Of a stretch of 64,000 bases of DNA, positions 49,115 through 57,767 are shown one piece after another; the first letter of the stretch is position 1; each line of letters starts with the position of its first letter. The translations under genes were made by a program, and so were the position numbers. The DNA comes from an uncultured Opitutales bacterium. GTDB lineage: Bacteria > Verrucomicrobiota > Verrucomicrobiia > Opitutales > CAZQIE01. The notes beneath the pieces were generated by a model that was not told the origin of the DNA, searched no databases, and saw only the letters and a program-made list of their open reading frames with translations. The stretch spans positions 4,994 through 68,993 of the forward strand of contig CAZQIE010000005.1 in the NCBI GenBank assembly GCA_964593675.1, given 5' to 3'.

Positions 49115-50472
49115 ACGGTCTTGGAAAAACGGCCATCGGCGCGGTTAAGGTAGGCGTCAAAGGCCATGGCTATGTTGCGCACAAACAGCCGTCCCAGCGT
49201 GGTGACGCGGAGTCCTCGCCCGTCAATCTGGAGAAGCCCATCCCCCGCCATGTCCGCGAGCGAAGCCAGCTCCCGGGCGTACGTGCCGGCGAAGTCGAAC
49301 CCGAAGTGCCCGGACAGCTCGTGGAAATCCAGCTCCATGTGGCACATGATGCGCATAATGATCTCCCGGCGTCGCCGGTCATCGTCGGTCAAGATGTAGC
49401 CGCGGTCGACCGAGAACTCGCCCTTCTGGACCGCAGCCGCATACGCGGGCAGGTTCTTCAGGTTCTGCCGGTAGCTGCCGGAAGTCTGGGATATCGCGGA
49501 AACGCCGAAGGCGAGAATTTGCGCACCCGCCCGCGTGCTGTAGCCCTGGAAATTGCGCTGCAACGTCCTTGCCCGCTGGGCCCGCACGAGTTCGTCCGTC
49601 TCCTTCGCAAAATGGTCCATCCCGATGTACACGTACCCGCTGCCCGTCAGGACGCGGATCGTCTCCTGCAACATCGCCAGCTTCGTTTCCGGCCCCGGCA
49701 GCCCCGAACGTTCCACAATCTTCTGGGCAGGCTTCATCCACGGCACGTGCGCGTAGTTGAAAATCGCATACCGTTCGGGCGCCAGCCCAAGCACCGCGCC
49801 AAGCGTCTCCCGGAACGTCTCGGGCGTCTGGTGCGGTAGCCCGTAGATGAGGTCGATATTGAGGGACCCGAAGCCGAGTTCACGCAGCCAGCTCGCCGCC
49901 TGGATATTCAGTTCGTGCGGTTGAATGCGGTGAACCGCCTCCTGCACCTGCGGGTGGATGTCCTGCACCCCAAAGGACGCCCGGTTCGCTCCAATCTCCC
50001 GAAATGCCTCCAAATGTTCGCGGGTCAGGCGCCGCGGATCAATCTCGACGCCAAACTCCACGTCCGCCGCGACATCAAAGCGCGCGCGCAGGATCGAGCC
50101 AAGGCGCCGGATCTGGCCCGGACTCAGAAAATTTGGCGTCCCGCCGCCAAGATGCACCTGAATCGCCGTGCGCCGGTCCCCAAGGCGGTCCGCCGTCAGC
50201 CGCACTTCCTTCTCAATCAGGTCAAGATAGCCATCGGCCTTGCTGTGGTCCGCGGTAATAATGGTATTGCACCCGCAAAACCAGCAAAGGGTCTCGCAGA
50301 ACGGCAAATGCACATAAAGTGAAACAGGACCCTGTTCCTCGGAGGCATGTCTTACGAGCGCCCCGTGATCCGCGCTGTCGCCGAATTGGAGGGCGGTCGG
50401 GTACGAGGTGTACCTCGGGCCGGGCCGCGCATATTTGCGAATCAGGTCCTTCTCGGCTTCTCCGATATTCAT
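49111..50472 (-). CDS. hemN: Oxygen-independent coproporphyrinogen III oxidase
   Basis: PGPRYTSYPTA, radical-SAM HLPFCETLCWFCGC, GGGTP, YIGMDHFA, RNFQGYST. Confidence 0.96.
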   Translation of the reverse strand: MNIGEAEKDLIRKYARPGPRYTSYPTALQFGDSADHGALVRHASEEQGPVSLYVHLPFCETLCWFCGCNTIITADHSKADGYLDLIEKEVRLTADRLGDRRTAIQVHLGGGTPNFLSPGQIRRLGSILRARFDVAADVEFGVEIDPRRLTREHLEAFREIGANRASFGVQDIHPQVQEAVHRIQPHELNIQAASWLRELGFGSLNIDLIYGLPHQTPETFRETLGAVLGLAPERYAIFNYAHVPWMKPAQKIVERSGLPGPETKLAMLQETIRVLTGSGYVYIGMDHFAKETDELVRAQRARTLQRNFQGYSTRAGAQILAFGVSAISQTSGSYRQNLKNLPAYAAAVQKGEFSVDRGYILTDDDRRRREIIMRIMCHMELDFHELSGHFGFDFAGTYARELASLADMAGDGLLQIDGRGLRVTTLGRLFVRNIAMAFDAYLNRADGRFSKTV

Positions 50473-51500
50473 GAAAAACGTGCGACAGTATCGATGATCG
50501 CGCCCACCGTTTCGACGCGGGCTCCCGGCGTCAGCCCGTGCCCGAAGTTGAAGATATAACCCGGATCGTTCCGCATCTGCTCCAGCACCGACCGCGTGGC
50601 CGCACGGGCAATGTCAGGAGTTGCGAGCGCAATCTCAGGATGCAGGTTCCCCTGAAGCGCACAGCGTGCGCCCACAGCCCCACGCACAACCGGGAGCGGA
50701 AGCTGCCAGTCCAGCCCGAGCACGGACACTCCCGTGTCGGCGAGGTCTGAAGCCTGCGACGCCTTGCCCCGCGCAAACAGGATGGTCGGGACCTGCCGGG
50801 GCAGCCGGCCTACAACCTGCCGGATCCACCGCAGCGACAACGCCTCGTATTCCTCCGGACCACACAAGCTCGCCCAACTGTCGAAGATCTGTACGGCGTC
50901 CGCCCCCGCCTCAATCTGCATCGCCAGCGACGCCCCGACGGCCTCGGAAACAAGACTCATAAGGTCCTCGAAAAACGCCGGCTCCGCCTTGGCCAGACGC
51001 ACGATCTCAGCCGTCCCGGCTTCGCCCGGTCCACGGCCTTCGGTCATATAGACGGCCAGCGTCCAAGGGGAACCCGCAAAGCCCAGCAACGCACGCGCGC
51101 CTATCTCCGTCCGCAACCTCCGGAGCGTCTCCGCCAGATATTCCAGCCTCCCGGCAACGCCCTTTCCGTTCAGCGCCCCCAGACCCTTCCCCGGCCCTAT
51201 TGAAAACTCCATCTCAATGCCGCCGCCGTTCGGAAAACGGTACGGCTGCCCGAGCGCTTCCGGAACCACGAGGATATCGCTGAACACGATCGCGGCGTCG
51301 AGGTCCGGAAAACGTCGGAGCGGCTGGAGCGTGAGTTCGGTCGCCAAAGCCGGCGTGCGCACCATTTCCGTAAACGCGTGCTTTTCCTTAAGGGCCCGGT
51401 ACTCCGGCAGGTAGCGCCCAGCCTGGCGCATCAGCCAGACCGGCGGGCGGTCCACGGGCTGGCACGTTGCAGCAGCGAGAAAGCGTTCACGGGAAGTCAT
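50469..51500 (-). CDS. hemE: Uroporphyrinogen decarboxylase
   Basis: PVWLMRQAGRYLPEYR, AAIVFSDIL, GFAGSPWTLA.Y, VQIFDSWA, LQGNLHP, IFNFGHG. Confidence 0.96.
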   Translation of the reverse strand: MTSRERFLAAATCQPVDRPPVWLMRQAGRYLPEYRALKEKHAFTEMVRTPALATELTLQPLRRFPDLDAAIVFSDILVVPEALGQPYRFPNGGGIEMEFSIGPGKGLGALNGKGVAGRLEYLAETLRRLRTEIGARALLGFAGSPWTLAVYMTEGRGPGEAGTAEIVRLAKAEPAFFEDLMSLVSEAVGASLAMQIEAGADAVQIFDSWASLCGPEEYEALSLRWIRQVVGRLPRQVPTILFARGKASQASDLADTGVSVLGLDWQLPLPVVRGAVGARCALQGNLHPEIALATPDIARAATRSVLEQMRNDPGYIFNFGHGLTPGARVETVGAIIDTVARFS

Positions 51501-51653
51501 TGTTGCCTCGTTACATTCCGAGACCGATGCCAGGCCCGGCGTTCGCCCGCACACTCTCCCGGTTTGACTTGCCACTTTCGCGACTTATCTAGGGCGGGAG
51601 GCGCACGCCGCGATTCACGCGGTCCGGGCCTAAGGGGATCGGCGGAAGATATT

Positions 51654-52508
51654 ATGAATAAAGCGGGTACGATAGTGGCGGCCACACGCAAGAGCAAGCT
51701 GGCGCTCGCCCAGACGGAACGCGTGCGCGAACTCTTCGCCACCCACCGCCCTGCCCTGCTCTGGCAAGCCCTGCCCATGTCCACCTCCGGCGACCAGCGC
51801 CAGGACTGGTCCCTCATCCAGCACGGAGGAAAGGGCCTCTTCGTGAAGGAACTCGAAGCCGCGATGCTCGAAGGCCGCGCGGACATCGCCGTCCACAGCG
51901 CGAAGGACATGCCGACGACCTTGCCGGAGGGCCTCGTGCTCGCCGGCTATCTGCCGCGCGAAGACGCCCGCGACATGCTCCTTCTCAGGGAGGGCGTCGA
52001 ACGCCCCGCTTCTATTGCGACAAGCAGCCCGCGCCGCCGGCTTCAAGCCGCCCGCCTGTTCCCCGACGCGCAATTTCGCGAGATCCGGGGCAACGTCGAA
52101 ACCCGCCTCCGCAAAGTCGTCGAAGGCGAGGCCGACGCGCTCATCCTCGCCGTTGCGGGCCTCAAGCGCCTCGGCATCCATGCCTGGCCCGGCCTCACCT
52201 TCCAGCCGCTCTCGCTCGACGAAATGGTTCCCGCACCGGGACAGGCCGCGATCGCCGTCGAGTGCCGCGCCGCGGATCTTGACGACCTTCGCCCCCTCTT
52301 TCACTCACCCACCGGCGTCGCGGTGGAGGTCGAGCGCGCGCTGCTCCACCGCTGGGGCGGCGGCTGTCAGAGCGCATTCGCCGCGCACTTTGACGGCACC
52401 GTACTGCGTCTCTTCGACGAAAAACACGGCCTCCGGAAACTCGATCTTTCGGGCCTGACCGCCGCCGGGCTCATGGCTGCCGTTGAGTCCATTCCATTGG
52501 GCACGTAG
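51654..52508 (+). CDS. hemC: Porphobilinogen deaminase (hydroxymethylbilane synthase)
   Basis: TRKSKLALAQ, GKGLFVKELE, AVHSAKDMP, RGNVETRL, PAPGQAAIA, GGGCQ cofactor Cys. Start at ATG 51654. Confidence 0.95.
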   Translation: MNKAGTIVAATRKSKLALAQTERVRELFATHRPALLWQALPMSTSGDQRQDWSLIQHGGKGLFVKELEAAMLEGRADIAVHSAKDMPTTLPEGLVLAGYLPREDARDMLLLREGVERPASIATSSPRRRLQAARLFPDAQFREIRGNVETRLRKVVEGEADALILAVAGLKRLGIHAWPGLTFQPLSLDEMVPAPGQAAIAVECRAADLDDLRPLFHSPTGVAVEVERALLHRWGGGCQSAFAAHFDGTVLRLFDEKHGLRKLDLSGLTAAGLMAAVESIPLGT

Positions 52509-52615
52509 CCGGGCCTTTGCAGGCGCCCCCTAAAGGCCGGGCGATTCGAGCCGTAAGAGTGAAGCGAAACCCGGGTTCGCCAAATTGCGAGCGGCCGGGT
52601 ATTTTCCGTTAGACC

Positions 52616-53983
52616 ATGGCCGCCGCCACACCCGCCACACCCGAAGACGCCCGCCGGAAGCGCGTGCTTGTCGTCGTCTTCCTGACCATCTTCATCGACC
52701 TCGTCGGGTTCTCCATCGTCTTCCCCCTGTTCCCGTCGATGATGGCCTACTACCTCCCGCGGGAACAGGCGGGCGGCGTCTTTTCGACCCTCCTGGGCGT
52801 ATTGCAGGACTGGAGCCGCGTCGGCGGCAACGAGTCCGGCGCCTTTTACGTGCAAGTGCTCTTTGGCGGCGTGCTCGGCTCCCTCTACTCCGTCCTGCAA
52901 TTCCTGTTTGCGCCAATCTGGGGGCGCCTCTCGGACAGGCATGGGCGCCGCGCGATCCTCCTGATCACGACGACGGGCACAGCCTTGTCTTACCTGCTCT
53001 GGGTTTTCAGCGGCTCCTTTCTCATGCTTCTCGCGGCCCGCATTGTGGGCGGGATCATGTCCGGGAACCTTTCCGTCGCCACTGCCGCAGTCGCGGACGT
53101 CACGAGCGCGCGAAAGCGGGCGGGCGGCATGGCCATCGTCGGCGTAGCCTTCGGCCTCGGCTTCATTTTCGGCCCCGCAATCGGCGGGCTCTCAGCACAG
53201 GTGGACCTCTCCAGCCTCGCGCCGTCGCTCGCCTCCTTCGGGATCAACCCGTTTTCCGGCCCGGCACTGATCGCGCTCGCCCTTGCCGCGCTCAACGTCT
53301 TCTGGGTGGCGCGCCGGTTCGAGGAGACAAAGCCTGGCGAAGCGGGGGCCCCCGCACCCGCACCACGCCCCAGCCGACTGAGGGATGTTTTCGTCACCGC
53401 AAACGCGCCCCTGCGCCGCGCCATCCTGGTGTATCTGCTCTTCATGCTCTCCTTCAGCGGTGCAGAATTCACCCTCACCTTTCTTGCAGCCGAGCGCCTG
53501 CATTACACCGCCGAACAAAACGTCTTCATCTTCCTGTTTGTCGGGTTCGTCCTCATTGGCGTGCAAGGCGGACTCGTCCGGCGCCTAGCGCCCGTGCTCG
53601 GCGAAAAACCGCTCGCGGTCGTTGGCCTGCTGGCGGGCTTCCTCGCGCTCGGACTCCTCGGCATGAGCCAGGGCGTCTCCACCTTCTATGGTGGCCTGGC
53701 GTTGCTCGGGCTTGGCATCGGCCTCGTCTCCCCCACCCTGTCCGCGCTCGCCTCCCTGTATTCCGGCGCGGACGTCCAGGGCGGAGCGCTGGGCACCTTC
53801 CGGTCCGCAGGCTCGCTCGCCCGCGCAATTGGCCCGCTCGCGGCCGCCTCGGTCTTCTGGCGCTTTGGCTCCCAGTTTGCCTACCTGTCGGCAATGCTGC
53901 TCATGACGCTGCCGCTCCTGCTGGCCTTGACGCTGCCGGAACCACCCGCCACCGAAAAGGCCCCCGAGTCCGCCCATCCCTAA
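52616..53983 (+). CDS. MFS transporter, TetA/DHA1-like
   Basis: IFIDLVGFSIVFPLFP, WGRLSDRHGRR (motif A), GLGFIFGPAIGG; 12-TM pattern. Confidence 0.9.
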   Translation: MAAATPATPEDARRKRVLVVVFLTIFIDLVGFSIVFPLFPSMMAYYLPREQAGGVFSTLLGVLQDWSRVGGNESGAFYVQVLFGGVLGSLYSVLQFLFAPIWGRLSDRHGRRAILLITTTGTALSYLLWVFSGSFLMLLAARIVGGIMSGNLSVATAAVADVTSARKRAGGMAIVGVAFGLGFIFGPAIGGLSAQVDLSSLAPSLASFGINPFSGPALIALALAALNVFWVARRFEETKPGEAGAPAPAPRPSRLRDVFVTANAPLRRAILVYLLFMLSFSGAEFTLTFLAAERLHYTAEQNVFIFLFVGFVLIGVQGGLVRRLAPVLGEKPLAVVGLLAGFLALGLLGMSQGVSTFYGGLALLGLGIGLVSPTLSALASLYSGADVQGGALGTFRSAGSLARAIGPLAAASVFWRFGSQFAYLSAMLLMTLPLLLALTLPEPPATEKAPESAHP

Positions 53984-54020
53984 AATCGCGCTTCGAGACG
54001 GGTTCGGGACGCTGAACCTG

Positions 54021-54872
54021 CTACTGCTGCGCCTTGACCACAGCCTCCGCGCGAACCTTCAGGCGCTCGGCGTCCTCAGGACGCCGCTCCTGACGGGCGA
54101 CTTGCTCCAGCGCCCGCAAGCACCAGAGCACACCTTCGCTGTTGCCGAGCGACTTGTTAAGCGCCAAAGCGTCCTCCAGATTCTTGCGCGCGAGGGCAAA
54201 ATCCCCCTGCTCGCGCTGCGCCACGCCAACCCAATACAACGAACGCGCGATCTCAGGCCTGTCGCCAAGAGCCTTGTTCAGCGCCAGCGCCTTTTGCCCC
54301 AACTCCAGCCCGAGCGCCGGGTTCGGCGGGTTCCCTTGCACAGCCAGGCATGCCTCCATGTTCACAAGCCTGCCCTCAAGCGCTTTCGCGTCGCTCGCCC
54401 ATTCGCGTGAGCGTTCCAGCCACGTCTTAACGAGCGCCTCCTTGCCCCCCTGCAACGCCGTCAGCGCCGCCACCCAGCACCCTTCCGCAAGAGCCTGACG
54501 CAGCTTCACGGACTCCGGGCCCCGCTCAAAAGCTCCCGGCGCGACCTCAGCCAGCCTCAACGCAGCCTCCACATGCGCCGTGGCATCGTCGTACCGGCCT
54601 TGCCGGTAAGCCACCGACGCCAGGTTCACCAGGGTCGGCACAAGCCCAGGAATGTATTCACAAGCCTGATACCGCTTGAGCGCCTCAGTCAGCTCAAGTT
54701 GCGCCCGCCCGTCCCTGCCCCGCTCCATGGCGGACCGCCCGAGCTGCGCATAATAATCCGCCCGCCGAAGCTCTTCCGAGGCCGCGGGAGCAGGCCCGGT
54801 CGTGCAGCCCGCCAGCAGGAGCGTGCCCGTCGCCACGACGAGCGTGAGATTACGGAAAGACTTAAGGTGCAT
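54021..54872 (-). CDS. Tetratricopeptide-repeat lipoprotein
   Basis: Lipobox LLLAGC; TPR-like helical repeats (TLVNLASVAYRQGRYDDA…, ARSLYWVG..Q..QGDF..AR..LE.AL.LNK). Confidence 0.85.
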   Translation of the reverse strand: MHLKSFRNLTLVVATGTLLLAGCTTGPAPAASEELRRADYYAQLGRSAMERGRDGRAQLELTEALKRYQACEYIPGLVPTLVNLASVAYRQGRYDDATAHVEAALRLAEVAPGAFERGPESVKLRQALAEGCWVAALTALQGGKEALVKTWLERSREWASDAKALEGRLVNMEACLAVQGNPPNPALGLELGQKALALNKALGDRPEIARSLYWVGVAQREQGDFALARKNLEDALALNKSLGNSEGVLWCLRALEQVARQERRPEDAERLKVRAEAVVKAQQ

Positions 54873-55884
54873 GGTCAGGGCTGGGTTGGGGGACAACGCC
54901 GGCGGGCGGCTCTGCAGGCAAGTTCCCGCTGATCGGCCAAAGCTTCTTCACCGCGTGCACAACCTCATTCGCGCCACGGGCGGCATCCGCCCCTTCCTCC
55001 ACAAGCAGCGGAATGCGCGGGGCGGCCTCATTCACAGCCTTGCGCAACGTCCCCGTCATGGATTCCACATGGGCCAGGCTGGAATCCACACGCGTCAGTA
55101 TCCCCGGCACCTCGGAGTTCAGCGTGTGTGTGATGCCCTGCACGTTAGACAGGATGCGCCGGAAATCAGCCTGCGGATCGTTGAAATACGCAAAAAGCTT
55201 GTTCGCCTCCGCCGAGGAATCCTGGACGACCTTCGGCATCATGGACGACACCTGTTCCACGTTCGCCAGCGTCGTATTCACCTTCGCAAGCAACCCGGGC
55301 AGGGCTTCCTGGAGCGTCCGTGTCGTCTCCTGCACATTGCGCAGGTTCTTCCGGAAATCCCCCTCCGGGTCGTTGAACGACTGCAACAGTTTCAGGACCT
55401 CCTGATTGATCGGCGTGATCTGGTCCTTCAGCTCCTGCGACAGTTCCGCGATGCTCTTTTCCGACCGGAACAAAAGCTCGTCGTCCTCTTTTGCCGCCGG
55501 GGTGGACGCGCTTCCCGGCAGCAGGTCGATCACGTTCTGACCAATGAACCCTGTGGCCCGCAGCATCGCCACCGAGTCTTTCTTCACGAACTTGAGATAC
55601 GGATTGTAGACGACGATCTCCACCTTCACACGTCGGTCATCCTGCAGGGAAACGGAGGTCACCTCGCCCACCTTGAAACCGCTGATCTGCACGAACTGAC
55701 CGCGGGCGATGGCGTTCGAGTTGTCCGCGTGGAACGAGAAGCGCGTGCCAGGCGTGAAAACGTCGCGACGCCACGCCGAATAAATGGCCAGACCGGCCAG
55801 AAGGAGGAATGTGAGACCGAGGACCACCTGCACACGGCGGTCCATGCGCTGCAGGTGGGTATCTGAAAACCGTAGGTATTTCAT
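54862..55884 (-). CDS. MlaD/MCE-domain protein with long helical C-terminus
   Basis: N-terminal TM helix; MCE motif G..V..SGFKVGEV..V.L; GFIGQNVIDLLPG. Confidence 0.9.
   Translation of the reverse strand: MKYLRFSDTHLQRMDRRVQVVLGLTFLLLAGLAIYSAWRRDVFTPGTRFSFHADNSNAIARGQFVQISGFKVGEVTSVSLQDDRRVKVEIVVYNPYLKFVKKDSVAMLRATGFIGQNVIDLLPGSASTPAAKEDDELLFRSEKSIAELSQELKDQITPINQEVLKLLQSFNDPEGDFRKNLRNVQETTRTLQEALPGLLAKVNTTLANVEQVSSMMPKVVQDSSAEANKLFAYFNDPQADFRRILSNVQGITHTLNSEVPGILTRVDSSLAHVESMTGTLRKAVNEAAPRIPLLVEEGADAARGANEVVHAVKKLWPISGNLPAEPPAGVVPQPSPDHAP
54990..55385 (-). repeat. Internal 64-aa tandem duplication in the MlaD helical region
   Basis: FNDPEGDFRKNLRNVQETTRTLQEALPGLLAKVNTTLANVE versus FNDPQADFRRILSNVQGITHTLNSEVPGILTRVDSSLAHVE; offset 192 nt. 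Confidence 0.85.
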
Positions 55885-56576
55885 CGGGGGGAAATGGCTT
55901 CGGGCACCGTGTCTTCTGAAGAAAGATTGAGGACCTGGTCGGCCTTGAGCGCCGCCAGCGACGCCTTGTCGACCGCCGTGAACACCGCACAGGCACCAGG
56001 CCGCGACGCCACGCTGTCCATTGCGAGCGCCAGCAACTTTTGCCGGGCCGACCGCTCCTGTTCATCAAGAATGCCGTCGAAAACAAAAACCTCGGGCACA
56101 AGCAGCCGCGCCCGGAGGATGCCGCACAGGTTCCGCGCAAACACGCTCAGCGCCGCTGGGCTTTGGCCCATCCACACCGACAGCTCCTCTTGCGAAAGAC
56201 GCGTCAGCGTCTGGACGCGATCCAGCACCCGGTCCAGCTCCAGGTATAATGCGTTCGCAGTACCACCCCGGTGGAACAACGCCGGAAGCACGATGTTCTC
56301 GCGCACCGTCAGGTTGTGGATCGGGTTCCCCAGTCGCCCGCAATAACCGACACGCCCAAGCAGCTGCAGGCGCCGGTGCTCAGGTTGCGCGTACAAATCC
56401 TCGCAATCGAGAATCCCCACCTTGCCTTCCACGGGAGGCCGGATACCCAGCACCATCTCGCAAAACGCGTCAGTCTGGACACCCGTCTCCCCGAAGACGG
56501 CACCCGTTTCCCCTGCCTTCATGCGCCAGGCCGGGATGTTAAGCGCCCCTCCCTTGATGGCAGTAAGTGCGATCAC
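55881..56576 (-). CDS. Degenerate ABC-ATPase-fold protein (MlaF position)
   Basis: Retains NLTVRENIVLP, but Walker A reads GETGVQTD, signature LSVF and Walker B VFVFDG. GTG start overlaps the mlaE stop (an alternative TTG lies at 56585). Confidence 0.75.
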   Translation of the reverse strand: MIALTAIKGGALNIPAWRMKAGETGAVFGETGVQTDAFCEMVLGIRPPVEGKVGILDCEDLYAQPEHRRLQLLGRVGYCGRLGNPIHNLTVRENIVLPALFHRGGTANALYLELDRVLDRVQTLTRLSQEELSVWMGQSPAALSVFARNLCGILRARLLVPEVFVFDGILDEQERSARQKLLALAMDSVASRPGACAVFTAVDKASLAALKADQVLNLSSEDTVPEAISPR

Positions 56577-57328
56577 AGGACCCAAAAAATTGCGTTGATC
56601 CCCATGACGAGCATGAGGCCGTGGACGACTGCGGCCCGCGTCGCGCGAGGCAGGTCCGACGGGTTATGGCTGACCCTGAGCCCATAGTGGCAAAGCAACG
56701 CCGCGGCCGCGCCGCCAACCGCGAACCCCTTGGCTGCCCGCGTGAGCGCCGAAAAAGGCGTCACTTCCGCCGCCACCGCGTGCGCGAAAGCCGCGAAATT
56801 CACGTCCTCCACCAGCGAGGCAACACTCAGGCCCACAAAAAGGGAGACCGTACGGAAGAACACACCCAGGACGATCATCGCCGTACCCACGCCCAGGATA
56901 CGCGGGACCACGAGGTAGTCCGTGGCGTCAATCCCCATGATATACAGCGCGCGGACTTCACCGCGCTGGCTCATTCCGGCCAGTTCCGAGCCTATGGCCG
57001 GCCCCGACCGCACAAGCACCAGCACGATGCACAGCAGGTTCGAAAGCTCCCCCATCACCAGCTTGTCCACCACCGGCGCCGCAGCGGCCACATTCCCCTT
57101 CAGCAACGCCGTAATCTGCACAATGAAGAGGAACCCCACCGCAGCCCCGACCAGGCAGACGACAGCCAGCGGTTCCACCGCGGTGAAATACAGCTGACGG
57201 AAAAAAACGGACCGGATCACGGGGTTGCGCAAGAGCCTCACCCGCACCAGCGACGACAGAAACAACTCCACCACGTGGGCGACGGTGATCGCCCCTCGAT
57301 GCAGCCGCTTTGCCTGCAGGTTTTCCAT
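56573..57328 (-). CDS. MlaE-family ABC permease
   Basis: RQLYFTAV, ELS.L…VLVRSG.AI.SELA.M…E..AL..MGID…YLVVPR. Confidence 0.9.
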   Translation of the reverse strand: MENLQAKRLHRGAITVAHVVELFLSSLVRVRLLRNPVIRSVFFRQLYFTAVEPLAVVCLVGAAVGFLFIVQITALLKGNVAAAAPVVDKLVMGELSNLLCIVLVLVRSGPAIGSELAGMSQRGEVRALYIMGIDATDYLVVPRILGVGTAMIVLGVFFRTVSLFVGLSVASLVEDVNFAAFAHAVAAEVTPFSALTRAAKGFAVGGAAAALLCHYGLRVSHNPSDLPRATRAAVVHGLMLVMGINAIFWVL

Positions 57329-57450
57329 GCGAGCCGCTTTCTAACGAACAGACAGGGAGCTTTGCCAACCCATTTCACGCAACCTCGCGCAAGACCTTCC
57401 CGGTAGCGGGCTCACCCGCGCGCTCCCGCCCCCAATCTGTAGTCTCGTTC

Positions 57451-57678
57451 CTATATTTGCACCTGCACCCGCGTCGTCTTGCCGCTCGCCGTTATCGACA
57501 GCAACTCCTTCTTCCACTGGCTGCACCAGGTGCGCACGTCGGACTCGAACCCGTCGCAGTCCGCCGTCACCTCGAGCACGTCGCCAACAGTCACGTCGTG
57601 GCGCATGATGCAGTTAGTCATCTTCAGGGTCGGCACATGGCACCGCAACCCACAGAAATCTCGAACAACAGTCGCCAT
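57451..57678 (-). CDS. TusA/SirA-family small sulfur-carrier-like protein
   Basis: D..GLRC.VP.LK…GDVLEVTAD…F..DV..WC pattern; motif reads CHVP. Start at ATG 57678. Confidence 0.75.
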   Translation of the reverse strand: MATVVRDFCGLRCHVPTLKMTNCIMRHDVTVGDVLEVTADCDGFESDVRTWCSQWKKELLSITASGKTTRVQVQI

Positions 57679-57767
57679 TGGGACAGGAAACCAGGATTCA
57701 GGATAGCAGCCCGCGTAGCTGTGCGGGCCGGCCAAACGTAGAGGTAACGGGAAATGCGGTCAACTGG

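Noticed and set aside
41542-52518. Shared 13-mer tagccgggccttt at ~41542 and ~52506 as a dispersed repeat
   Set aside because: Exact 13-mer matches are expected by chance in 64 kb of GC-rich sequence, and the flanks align poorly.
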